Position numbers and translations under genes: made by a program | Notes under the pieces: model-generated | Seen by the model: the letters and a program-made list of their open reading frames with translations, nothing else | What the model was told of the DNA's origin: nothing | The model's database searches: none | In this document: one piece after another, positions 12,508-24,813 of the stretch | Layout: each line of letters starts with the position of its first letter | How positions within the stretch are numbered: position 1 is the first letter of the stretch | Source of the DNA: Lama guanicoe | Lineage: Eukaryota | Direction: 5' to 3' | NCBI GenBank assembly: GCA_013239625.1 | Contig: MU054187.1 | Span: forward strand, 22,571,280-22,635,279 | Length of the DNA stretch: 64,000 nt

Positions 12508-14519
12508 CACTGGGGTGGGGGGTTATTTTATGGGATTTATTCATGTCAAAGATATTGAATACATTCAAGATACTCCTCAGGGTGCAGTAAGGGGCAGGTT
12601 CTCAGCTTAGTTAGATAGTGCACTGAGACATGGCGCTCAAATCCTAATAGTTGTGTTAAACAGGAGAGTTTACCCACCTGACATTAAAAAAGATGCTTCC
12701 ATTACAATGTAGTCATTGGACAGAGCCTTGGGGATACAGTGGTCACCTAGGCAACCAGTTGCTGCCTTCATAGAAATAATGGGCTGGGGGAGTAAGGAAA
12801 TAGTAAATGAATAATCGTAGAGACATGAGATAATATATATATTGTGGGGGAGACCTGACCATCTAGCTGTCGAGAGGCACTTTCCTGAGGAGGTCCGTTT
12901 AAGCTGAGACCTGAAAGTTCACTGGGTGAAGAAAGTTCACACCTTCATAAATGCTGTCAAGTCAACAGCAAATATGGAGTTGAATGTTTTAGGAATGGAA
13001 AGACATTTAAGTCTGCTGGATTACAAAGTGTGAGCAGGCAAGTGGTCAGGCAAGAGTGGAGAGATGGGGTGGAGGGGTTGGTGGGTCTTGCATTCTAAGG
13101 AGCCATCTGGGGCATCAGGGGAGTGTGTACCTAGGCTAAAAATAATGGGATGTCACTGAATGGGTTTAAGCAAAGGAATGATGTGATCAGAGTTGTGGTT
13201 TTGAAAAACTGGAGGTCTTTGCATTTTGGGACAGATGGGTGGGACGCTGTGTCAGACTTGGGTGTGGCCACAATGGCTTTGTCTTGGGGAGGCCCTGATG
13301 AGGGAGGTGGTGGTGGCCACCTTCAGGCAGAGACTCGGCTGTTGGATGACACACTTGCTGAGTTCTTATTCCTAGTCAGTTTCTGAATTCTGGACTTTTC
13401 CTGCCACAGCCCTGCCTCCGCATCAAATCATCTGTTAGCCCCCTGTCATCTCATCAGGTCCTTAATGGTCCCAACCTGGCTCCCCCCTAGTGACGACACA
13501 GACCCCGGTGTTGCCAGACCCTTGCGTGTAGCAAGACCATCACCTTTGTCGTTCATCGTGCTTGGCATGGTCCTGGACGCAGGGATTTGGGATTTTGTGT
13601 TTTGTGTAATGGGGGCATGGAGTAGGAATCTCCAAATTCCCTCTCAGGTCTGAGATTCTGGAATAAGCAACAACGACTGATTTATTTAAAGCTGGGTGCG
13701 AGAAGCCATGCCATGAGCCTGGGTAATAGCTCTCGGCAAGCACTGTGTCCTGAATGCCGTGTTACACAGGAGTCCCAGCGCAGAGCGTCCTCGTAAACTC
13801 ACAGCGGAATCACGGCGTGCAGCGGGCGGGCATGGCCGGGGGGGGGCCAAGGGACAGGAGAGCGGTTGCGACCTCTCACTGCTTCCCTGTCCTCATCCGA
13901 GGGAGGAATCGTCTAGAAGTGTCAGGTTGTACTGTTTAATGAAGCACATTTACCTGACCTTTGCTCTGTCAATTCCAGTCACAAAAGTTATAGTAGGAAA
14001 AATACAAGCCAGTCGTAAAAACTCTTAGAGGAAAACATCAAATTTTACCACAGTGTATGGGGAAGGTACTTAAAACATGAATTTCAAGTATCCTTGGTCT
14101 GATTAGATACAGTAAATTCCAGGACAGCGTAATGATTAATATCTTCCAAAGATTTTTAAAATGCCTCCTAGGAAGGTAAAAGAGTTATCATTAAGTCTGG
14201 AAGAGGTCCAAATTACGGAAAGTGTAGACCCTTCTCTTGTTACTGTTCTGTGAAGCATTTTTTTTTATCTGATGAGTAAATGAAATGAAACAGACTCTGT
14301 TCTATATTATTTTAGGGTTATTTAATACCAGTGTTAAGCTGAGACGGTTCCTAGACTAGGAGAGGGGCCGAGTTACTCCTTTCCTGTGGGTATACTTAGA
14401 GCTCTTGGCTCGTGCTAACACAATATTTGGCCCACTGTAAAAGTAATTTCAAGTTCGAAGTTCTTTCTCTCTTTCAGATAAACAAAAAATTTTTTTTTAC
14501 TCTTGACATGATCTGTGTG

Positions 14520-14680
14520 TACGGTTGCCAGATAGTAAATAAAAATACAGGACATCATGTAAAATTTCAATTCCAGATAAACAAAGGATAATTTTTTAGT
14601 AGAGACATGTCCTAAATATGGCATGGGACATAGCTATACTAAAAAATTCTCCATTAACTGGGTGTCTCATATGTTAGCTG
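14520..14680. mobile_element. MER53-like hAT DNA transposon relic
   Basis: ggttgccagatagtaaataaaaatacaggac...aattccagataaacaa resembles the recalled MER53 consensus. Confidence 0.55.
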
Positions 14681-15160
14681 GCAGTCCTAGCTGGATTGCA
14701 AAAGTGGCCACAATCTTTCCCCTCTCTGTAACCACCTCTTCTGCAATGTAACTTTGCAGTCCTCTCATCGAGAGGTGATTTTATTTCTCCACCCCTGGCA
14801 GTTAGGCTGGTCTTGTGACTTGGCTGGTAGAATGTGGCAGAAGTAATTATGTGCCGTTTCTGAGGACAGACCTCAAGAGCTTTGCTGACTTCTGCTTTCT
14901 CTCTCCTGGAACCCTGTGGAGCCTCCAGGCCCAGGGGAGCCCGTTGGAGGCTGGAGACCACATGGATAAGAGACAAGCTTTCCCATCCGGGACTTCCTAG
15001 CCCAGCATCCCCCAGGCAATCCAGCAGCCGACTACAGAGTGTGAATTAGCCCAGCTAAAACCAAAAGAACCACCGGCTGAACCTAGCCCAAACTGGCAAC
15101 CTACAGCATCACGACTGTTTGAAGTCATTAGATTTTAGTTAGCAAAAGCAAATGCATGTA
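14680..15160 (+). mobile_element. MLT1-type MaLR LTR
   Basis: ttgtgacttggctggtagaatgtggcagaagt...ccggctgaacctagcccaaa pattern. Confidence 0.6.
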
Positions 15161-15336
15161 GTCTAACAATGGCAAGCAGAGCTGGGCATTTTTTAAGACT
15201 AGAGAACAGCTCATAGTTTGGGCTGAGTTTTGAGGGCCACAGATGAAAAGAGGTAATTTTTGTAATCAATTTTGAGCAAATAACACTTGAAGATGGCTTC
15301 AGGGAATCAGAGGGAAGTGCTTGTTGAATAAACACT

Positions 15337-15340
<4 letters not shown>

Positions 15341-15368
<28 letters not shown>
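15341..15368. repeat. (CA)n microsatellite
   Basis: Read directly from sequence. Confidence 0.95.
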
Positions 15369-16050
15369 TCACTTCTATAGAGAGACATTGTTTTGCCTCT
15401 TTAACCATTTGATGTTTATAAGGAGTAGGGCGCCCTACTTTCTGCTTCCTTCTTTGTAGATCTTTACAGGGCACCCTCCTTCTAACCAGCCCGTTCTGCA
15501 TTACACCTTTGGCGAGTGACTACGGAGGTGAGCTCTGGGGGTGGGGGGGACGTCCATGTATCTGTGCATCGTCAATTAGCCAGTTAGTCAACAGACTACA
15601 CGTTTACTGGTCAAATGACTAGTGGACATGGGCTGTCAGGGGTCCAGAGAAGAGAGTACGTGGCTTAGCTGTGGTCGGGGAAGGAAGAGGAAACAGCAGG
15701 GGAAAACTCAACCTCTGTCTCTGGGGACCTCCTTGCTATCTGAGTATTGACTCTTGGCCAAGATAAAGCGCTCCACTCTGCTGGTGACCCCCCAGAATCA
15801 GTCTTCACAGAAGGTTTTCTGGTGGCTTAAGTGGTTAGTCAGCCTGGCTTCATTATGTGGCTTCAGGGGCATAAGATTCTCACTGGGAAACTCAGCTTTG
15901 AACTTTCCTGAAGCCTAGATCCCTTACGCAGATGTGGGGATTTCAGTCCTGAAACAGAATGTGATCAGATCCTTGCATGACTAAGAACACTGGGAGCTTG
16001 TTCATGGAATTTTAATCAGAAACCCCTCCCCACCCTCCACAGATGCTTGA

Positions 16051-16120
16051 GGGGAGGGTAGAGCTCAGTGGTAGCATAAAAATAAATTAATAAACCTAAT
16101 TACCACCCCACCCCCCAAAA
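16051..16120 (+). mobile_element. Internally deleted vic-1-type SINE (no B box)
   Basis: Head GGGGAGGGTAGAGCTCAGTGGTAG joined directly to the AATAAACCTAATTACC tail. Confidence 0.8.
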
Positions 16121-17320
16121 CAGACCCTCCCCACCATGCTTGCCTGGGCTGTTTTTCTCTTTCTGCATTGTATCCACTGCTTTTACGTAAAATCCGTAGG
16201 GAGTATAAGGGTGCTCTGTGCAGTATGGTGAGAGTCCTTTCCAACATCCTAACTTGGGAAATCTTTGCACTCACGGTTACCTGAGGCAACTTAATGATTA
16301 CATGTCTCATTTTCCTTATCTGGAAAAGGGTGAAAATGATAAAAAATAATGACCACCTCATAGAGTTAAGATGAAATGACTTAAGAAAGGTACACCACAT
16401 AGAACACTGTCTGGTGAGCAGGAAATGCCATGTAATGTTAGCTATTATTATTCTGAGCCTATCTGAAACCTTAGCATGGAGGACTTAACTTTTGCCTCAA
16501 CTTTTTGTTTGTATGTGTGTGTGTATGATAATTGTTTCCTCTCCACTCACCTAATATTAAAAATAATATATTTTATTTTAAAATAGTTTGGTTCTTCATT
16601 GTTCGTATGAGTGGATCATCCTGTGGTGGAGCCCACACAATTAAAAGTTAATTTATTGTTTTTCTGCAGTTCAACATTTGAACTTTTCTTGGTCACTTTC
16701 AAAAGCCCTAGTGTGTGTTAAGAGAATAGTACCCGGGTAACAGTTTTGCTTCCTTAATGATGTTGGTTTAAGCCAGTGCTAGATTTAGCTTGCATTCCCT
16801 GGAGAGCACACTGTGTAGGCAAGGAGATGGGTGAAGGAGGGCGGTCCTGCCGGGAGGGATGTCAGCGCTAACCCACATCTGGCAAGAGGAAACCAGGGCT
16901 GCATCACGAATGCGGATTACTGGCAGGAGAAAGCATGCCTTTGGGGAAATCAGGGATGAGGTTGGGTGGATGTTCTGCACCAGTAGCATCTGGAAGGCTC
17001 TGTCAACAGCAGTGAGACTTAGTGTTACTTGAAATTGAGTACAGGATGCTGGAAAATCAACCCTGCCTCTTGAGGGGATCTGGGTAAGGAAGAGAAAACC
17101 TGAGTGAGCACTCCCTGGGAATTTATAGATCCTCAGCTGAGGAAAGTGAAGAGAGTACAGAAGAATAAGACCTGGAGGGCTCAATGTGTTGTAAAGCCAG
17201 ATTATTTCAGCAGAAATCTCAGCAATAATACAGGAGGAGTTGAGGAGGCTGGGGCTGGCTACAGCACTGGACAGGGGGAATCCCACATTTAATTTGGAGA
17301 TTCCACTCACTCTGCTGCTC

Positions 17321-17845
17321 TTTTTTTTTTTTTTGAATGAAGTACAGTTGATTTACAATGTTGTGTTAGTTTCTAATGTACAGCACTAGTGATTCAGTTA
17401 TATGTTTACATATAGTCTTTTTTATTATAGATTATTATAAGATATTGAATATAGTTCCTTGTGCTATATAGTAGGACCTTGTTATTTAATTATTTTATGT
17501 ATTGTAGTCTGTATCTGCAAACCCCAAACTCCTCATTTATCCCTCCCCCCTACTTTCCCCTTTGGCAACCGTAAGTTTGTTATCTATGTCTATGAATCTA
17601 TTTCTGTTTTGCAAATAAGTTCATTTTCTCATTTTTAAAATATTCTATGCATAAGTGATATCATATGGTATTTGTCTTTCTCAGTCTGACTTACTTCACT
17701 TAGTATGATCTCTAGGTCCATCCATGTTGTTGCAAATGGCATTATTCCATTCTTTTTATGACTGAGTAATATTCCGTTGTGTGCATATACCACAACTTCT
17801 TTATCCAGTCATCTGTTGAGGGACATTTAGGTTGCTTCCATGTCT

Positions 17846-17879
<34 letters not shown>

Positions 17880-18045
17880 GAGTAAAGGTAGATTTATTCA
17901 GAGAGATACACTGAAAGGCAAGAGAAAGGCCACAAGGTGTGGGGGTTGGGTGCTCAGATCAAAAGTAGGTACACATTCCATAGACAGACTGTGGGCCATC
18001 TCTGAAGAGGGAGAGAGAGGGGGCGACCTCTTGGCTCTTGTATAG
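17321..18045 (-). mobile_element. 5'-truncated L1 3' end interrupted by an LTR retrocopy
   Basis: Poly-T plus L1 3' UTR and ORF2 end; imperfect TSD cactcwgctrct. Confidence 0.88.
17852..18028 (-). mobile_element. Polyadenylated retrocopy of an ERV1 LTR R region
   Basis: 28-nt poly(A), AATAAA 13 nt upstream, TSD tcttggctctt at 17843-17853 and 18029-18039; aligns by eye to LTR 38973-39149. Confidence 0.85.
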
Positions 18046-18699
18046 TCACTCAGCTACTTTTTAATTGAACACAAACTGTTAGTTATGCTATACCGTGGGG
18101 GAGGGGGAACCCCACCTTTTAAAAAAGTTTTTAGTAGGTCAGGGCAGATTACCTGCCTTCCTGGGGGTGACAAAGCAATGATCAAATAAATTGCCCCACA
18201 GTGGAAAAAATAAATACATTTTTAATCAGAAAATATTTTTGGAATTCATAGGAAAATAATGTCTCCTCCATCCATGTTTACCACATTCCTACCTTCCCTC
18301 TCACGTATTTCACATCTTTAAGCACAGCATGGAATTAATGTTGTTATGAGTGGGCTCTGGGCCTGGGGCCTATCAGGAACCAGGAGATGATGATACCGTG
18401 GAGCTTTCTGAAGAAGGATGTTGAGAGGAGTGTGGTCAACATCTACGGAGGTTACAAATCCAGACTTCAACTACTCTTTGTCCCCAGAGCCAAGTTTCTG
18501 GGAACCGTGTTTGCGACGTACCTAACATCAGAGCTGATGAATCTAAGGCTGGCACTCAGGATATTCATGCACTGCTGCTTCGCAGCTACTGTGATCCACA
18601 CCCACCTCCCCGACTGTCTCATCGCTGCCTCTTGAGTCCCCACGATGGGCTCCTCATTCTTGTTTCCTAGTTCTCCAACCACCAGAGTTCACGAAACTG

Positions 18700-19039
18700 A
18701 GTATCAGTCTGCTGGGGCTGCCCTGCAGAATACCACAGAATAGGTATTTAACAACAGAAACGCACTTCCTCGTGGTGCTGGAGGCTGGAAGTCCAAGGTC
18801 ACGATGCCCGAAGGTCTGGTTCCCCTGAGGCCTCTCTCCTGGGCTTGCAGACGGCGTCTTCTCACTGTGTGTGGTCACATGGTCTTTTCTCTGGACATGA
18901 GCACCCCTGGTATCTCTCCCTCCTTTCCCGCTTTTTATAAGGACAAGGATGCTAATCTTTCTGCATTAGGACCCCACCCTATGATCTCACGTAACCCTAA
19001 TTACCTCCTGAAAGGCCCTATCACCAAACAAAGTCACAT
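18700..19039 (-). mobile_element. MLT1-type MaLR LTR
   Basis: tgctggaggctggaagtccaagg...ttacctcctgaaaggccctatc. Confidence 0.75.
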
Positions 19040-19477
19040 TGTTACTGAAGGCAAGTTCATGTGCCCGATGCACAGTGAGGCCAAACAAAACATGGGAGTT
19101 TAGAGCAGAGAAAGCAGGGTCAAGCAAGAAGAATGGGTGGCTCATGCTCCCCAAACCCCAACTCCCTGAAGGGTTTCAGCAATGCGTTTTTCAAGGCCAA
19201 GTGAGGAAGGGGTGGCCTAGGGTACGTGATCAGCTGTGCACAGCTCCCTGCTTGGTTGATGGTGATCGATTCTTAGGCACTGGAAGGTCCGGGGGTCACA
19301 TGCTCAGGATCATCAAGTAGTTAGTTTCTTCCCTTTGGTGGTGGTTTTTAACATCCGAGAAACTCAGGCAGTATACATGGGATACTATTGTCTGGGTATT
19401 TCAGAGAGGAGCTGCAGCAGAGGACATGGGGCGAGGGGTCTGTTCTGGGAGGCCCCACAGGGTCCTGCTTGGTGACA
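19040..19477. mobile_element. ERV LTR-like element (TG...CA termini)
   Basis: tgttactgaaggcaag...cctgcttggtgaca; no clear TSD. Confidence 0.55.
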
Positions 19478-20413
19478 CCAGCACTAAGCCTGCAGGGGTC
19501 AAGTGGAGACCTGCCCACATGCAGAAGAAGAGCCTCCCTGGCAGGTGAGGCCCCGGAGAGCAGAGGAAGTAGCGGCTGTGTCTACAGCGGCTGCCTGCGT
19601 GGCTCAGGGTAATGAAGGCTGAAGGAAAGATCCCAGGTTTGATGGGGCTCCCACTTCTTCATTGGCTTCTTCCTAGACACGGCGCACAGTGCAGCATATA
19701 GAATTGAGTTACGCATGTTCCTCAGTTCATGGCACATTATCCTCATTAGCTGATGCTCTTGATTTATTATTTTTTCTCACATTGTCCATTCCTATTGCAA
19801 TTTCCATGTTCCTCTCCCCTCATGGCCACCATCTCTAATGCATTTGACATAGCTCTTTAGACATGTACATGGTTTTGACAGACGTATATTGTTTTGGGTA
19901 TGTTTTAAATTGGGAGCCAGTAAACACTGCTTTTGTTCATCGACAAAAGGATATAGTGGTGAGAAACTTTGCTCTCTAAAACCATAGATTGTTAGAAACT
20001 TTGCTGTTTTCAAATCTTATCGACAGACTGAACCACCTCACTTTTGCCTGGAGGATCTGAGTCATTCTGACACCAGAAGCAACCAGGTACATAACTTCAG
20101 ATAGGGGGTTCTGGACATTGCAGTCTATTTATCTTAACTGAGTAGTTTCCAGGGAAACAGGACCCTGAGTCTGCTTGTTGGCCCAGGACTGAAATTAACT
20201 CCTTTACATGCAGTCTTGCTTTCATTTGAGCCTCTCAGAACATCACTTCCTTTGAACTCTCCCTACCCTCTGCCTTTCCCCAGTATCCTCTTATAACCCT
20301 GTCCTTTTGTGTTTGGTGGGACATCCGTGTTTCTTGTGGGGAAGGGTCTTCCTTGTTGAAGCAAGTTGACAAACTTGGCTTTGCTGGTCTATGGGTTTGT
20401 CCCTGATAGACTT

Positions 20414-21428
20414 AAAAAAAATTATTGCTATTATTTTTAAATAAAAAAATTTTATACAATTTTAGACGTTATTTTCAATTTACAGTTATTACAAAATATT
20501 AGCTGTCTGCCCTGTGTTGTGCAATACATCCCTGAGCCTGTCTTATACCCAATAGCGTGTACCTTCCACTCCCCTATGTGGCCGCTCCCTGTTGCCAGAG
20601 AATAGGTTCTTGACTCACGGGAAAGAATTCAAGAGCAAAGTGTAATAAAGTGAAAGCAAGTTTATTTAGACAGAGTGCAGGCCATCTCAGAAGGCAAGAG
20701 GCAGAGAGACTGAAAGGTGTAGGGGGTTTAGTTTAAAGAAACAGCAGATACACACTCCGTAGACAGGGTGTGGGCCAACTCAGAAGGCAAGAGAGAGCGA
20801 CCTTCAGGCACAGAATTGTTAGTTTTTATGGGATCAGTAATTTCATATGCTAATGTGTACGAGGATTATTCCAGCTACTTTGGGGAAGGGGCAGGGATTT
20901 CCAGGATCAGGGCCCCTCCCACTCTTGGACATTTTATGGTCAGCCTTGGAACTGTCATGGCCCCGTGGGTGCGCCATGAGGCTCAAGGTCTACTGGAAAT
21001 CAAATCTTCTGCCATCTTGGTTCTAACCACTTTGTCCTGTCCTCAATTTCTCTGTCATTCCTTCAATGCTTGTGCCCTGCCCACTTCCTTCCTGTCTCAT
21101 CCCTACACTCTGCCCACTGGTAACCACTACTTTGTTCTCTGTATCTGTGAGTCTGCTTCTTTTTTGTTTTATTCACTGGTTTGTTGTATTTTGTTAGATT
21201 CCACATATAAGTGATATCATACAGTATTTGTCTTTTACTATCTGACTTATTTCACTTAGCATAATACCCACCAAGTCCATTTATGTTGTTGCAAATGGCA
21301 AAATTTCATTCTTTCTTATGGCTGAGTAGTATTCCATAGTATATATTTAGACCACATCTTCTTTAATTTAAATCAAAATATAGTCGATTTACAATATTGT
21401 GATAGTTTCAGGTATAAGGGAAAGTGAT

Positions 21429-21476
<48 letters not shown>

Positions 21477-24400
21477 TGTATATATATATTCTTTTCCAGA
21501 TTATTTTCCATTATAGGTTATTACAAGATACTGAGTATAGTCCCCTGTGCTATATAGGTCATTGTTGGTTATCTGTTTTATATATAGTAGTGTGTATGTT
21601 AGTCCCAAACTCTTACTGTATACCTCCCCCGACTGCTTCCCCAAAATAAGTTTGTTTTCTATGTGTGTGAGTCTATTTCTTTTTTGTAAATAAGTTCATT
21701 TGTATCATTTTTTAATATTTCACATATAAGCAATATCACATGATATATGTCTTTCTCTGTCTGACTTACTTCACTTCGTATGATAATCTCTAGGTCCATC
21801 CATGTTGCTGCAAAGGGAATTATTTCATCCTTTTGTATGGCTGAGTAATATTCCGTTGTGTATATATGTGTGTGTGTGTGTGTGTAGCTTCCATGTTTTG
21901 GATATCGTAAATAATGTTGCTATGAACATTGAGGTGCATGTATCTTTTTGAATTATGATTTTTTTCAGATATATGCTCAGGAGTGGGATTGCTGGAGCAT
22001 GTGGTAACTCTATTTTTAATTTTTAAAGGGGCCTCCATACTGCTTTCCATAATGTCTGCACCAATTTACATTCCTACCAACCGTATAGAGGGTTCCTTTT
22101 CCTCCACACCCTCTCTAGCATTTATCATTTGTAGATTTTTGATAACAGCCTCTCTGACCAGTGTGAGGTGATACCTCTTATAGTTTTGATTTGCTTTTCT
22201 CTAATTAATTAGTGTGTTGAGAATTTTTTCATGTGCCTTTTGGCCATCTGCATGTACTCCTTGGGAAAATGTCTATTTAATTCTTCTGCCCATTTTTTAA
22301 TTGAGCTGCTTGGTTTTTTGATATTAAGCTGTATGAGCTGTTTGTATATTTTGGAAATTAATGCCTTGGCAGTCACATCATTTGCAAATATTTTCTCCCA
22401 GTCCATAGGTTGTCTTTTTCTTTTGTTGATGGTTTCCTTTGCTGTGCAAAAACTTCTAAGTTTAATCAGGTTCCATTTGTTTATTTTTGCTTTTATTTCC
22501 ATTACTCTAGGAGATGGAGCCCAAAAAAATATTGCTGTGATTTATGTCAAAGAGTGTGTGTTCTGCCTATGTTTTCCTCTAGGAGTTTTATAGTATCTGG
22601 TCTTACATTTAGATCTTTAATCCATTTTGAGTTTGTTGGTTATTTGGAATGTTCTGATTTCATTCTTCTACATGTAGCCATCCAGTTTTCCCAGCACCAC
22701 TTATTGAAAAGATTGTCTTTTCTCCACTGTATATTCTTGCCTCCTCTGTTGTAGGTTAATTGACCGTAAGTGTGTGAGTTTATTTCTGGGCTTTCCATGC
22801 TGTTCCATTGATCTATGTGTGTCTGTTTTTGTGCCAGTACCATAGTGTTTTGATGACTGTAGCTTTGTAGTATACTCTGAAGTCAGGGAATGTGATTCTT
22901 CCATCTCTGTTCTTTTTCAAGATTGTTTTGGCTATTTGGAGTCTTTTGTGTTTCTATACAAATTTAACAATTTTTTGTTCCTGTTCTGTGAAAATGTTCA
23001 TTGGTATGTTGATGGGGATTACACTGAATCTATAGATTGTCTTTGGTAGTTGGTCATTTTAACAATATTGATTCTTTCAACCCAAGAACATCATACATTT
23101 TTCCATCTGTTTGTGTCATCTTCCATTTCTTTCATCAGTGTCTTATAGTTTTTGGAGTCCAAGTCTTTTGCCCCCTTAGGTAGGTTTATTCCCAGGTATT
23201 TTATCCTTTTTGATGAGATGGTAAATGAGATTGTCTCCCGAATTTCTCTTTCTAAACCCAAAGTTAGTACAAGGAAATAAATCAAATAGAGACAAAAAAA
23301 ATTATAAAGAACATGAAACTAAAACCTGGTTATTTGAAAAGATAATATTGATAGATCTTTAGTCAGACTCATCAAGTAAAAAAAGGAGAAAGCCAAATCA
23401 ATAAAATCAGAAATGAAAAAGGAACAGTTACAACCAACACCACAGCAATACAAAGAACCATAAGAAACTACTGTGAGCATTTACAAGTCAATAAAATGGA
23501 CAACCTAGAAGAAACGGACAAATTCTTAGAAAGGTATAATCTCCCAAGACTGAACCAGGAAGAAATAGAAACTATGAACAGACCAATTACCAGTACTGAA
23601 ATTGAATTAGTAATTTTAAATACTCTCAACAAACAGAAGTCCATGACCAGACGTCTTCAAAGGTGAAGTCTACGAAACATTTAGGTAAGAGTTAATGTCT
23701 ATCCTTCTGAACCTGTTCCAAAATATTGCAGAGAATGGAACACTTCTGAGCTCATTCTGTGAGGCCACCATTTCCCTGACACCAAAACCAGACAAAGATA
23801 TCACTAAAAAGAAAACTATAGGCCAATATCACTGATAAACATAGATGCAAAAAATCCTCAACAAAAATACTAGCAAACCAACTGCAACAATACATTTAAA
23901 AATCACACACCATGGTCAAGTGGGACTTATCCCAGGGAGGCAAGGATTTTTCAACATACACAAATCAATCAGTGTGATACACCACATTAACAAATTGAAG
24001 ATTAAAAACCATCTGATCTTCTCAATAGATGTAGAAAAAGCTTTTGGTAAATTTCAATATCCACTTATGAAAAAAAAAACTTCAGAAAATAGGCATAGAA
24101 GGGACATAATTCAACATAATGAAGTCCATCTGTGACAAACCCACAGCTAACATCATACTCAGCGATGAAAAACTGAAGGCATTTCCTCTAAGATCAGGAA
24201 CAAGACAAGGATGCCCACTCGTATCACGTTTATTCAACCTAATTTTGAAGTCCTAGCCACAGCAATCAGACAAGAAAAATAAATAAAAGGAATCCAGTTT
24301 GGAAAGGAAGAAGTAAAACTGTCACTGTTTACAGATAACATAACACTATATACAGAAAATCCTAAAGACACCACCACATAACTACTAGAGGTCATCAGTG

Positions 24401-24499
24401 AATTCACTAAAGTTGCAGGATACAGTATTAATATACAGAAATCTGTTTTATTTCTATAAACTAACAACAAAGTATCAGAAAGAGGAATTAAGGAAATGA
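20414..24499 (-). mobile_element. Composite L1 with 5' inversion (minus segment to ~23250, inverted ORF2 segment ~23251-24499), nested LTR and a second L1 3' end
   Basis: L1 ORF2-like ORFs on - (22209..22502, 22640..22843) and on + (23845..24135); TSD tccctkatagwctt at 20400-20413 and 24500-24513. Confidence 0.88.
20590..21099 (-). mobile_element. ERV1-class solo LTR
   Basis: TG...CA ends, perfect 4-bp TSD TCCC, CATAAAAA TATA-like box and AATAAA on the - strand. Confidence 0.88.
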
Positions 24500-24692
24500 T
24501 CCCTTATAGTCTTGATCAGATAGGCTTTATGAAAATATACATACTGAAAATCTCATTCTTTTTTCTTAAAAAAATCCACACTAGTTTGTAAAAGAGAGCT
24601 ATCTATGTTGCTATGTGTAGATTTAATTAATTACTTCTAATGGCTGAATAGAATTTCATCTTAAAAACACATCCACATTCCCGCATTTCATA

Positions 24693-24813
24693 TTTTTGGG
24701 GGGAAGGGTAATTAAGTTTATTTATTTATTTATTTTAGTGGAGGAACTGGAGATTGAACCCAGGACCTCATGCATGCTAAGCACAAATTCAACCACTGAG
24801 CTACCCTCTCTCC
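24693..24813 (-). mobile_element. vic-1-type SINE
   Basis: GATTGAACCCAGGACCTCATGCATGCTAAGC...CCACTGAGCTA. Confidence 0.88.

Larger units (their letters stand above)
8817..12520 (+). other. CPNE3: CPNE3 3' UTR (distal end approximate)
   Basis: Follows the stop codon; candidate poly(A) signals AATAAA 9213-9218, AATAAA 12452-12457 and ATTAAA 12502-12507, the last followed by G/U-rich sequence. Confidence 0.6.

Noticed and set aside
16768..17310. 180-aa minus-strand intergenic ORF
   Set aside because: Non-ATG start, no recognisable domain or exon structure; consistent with chance
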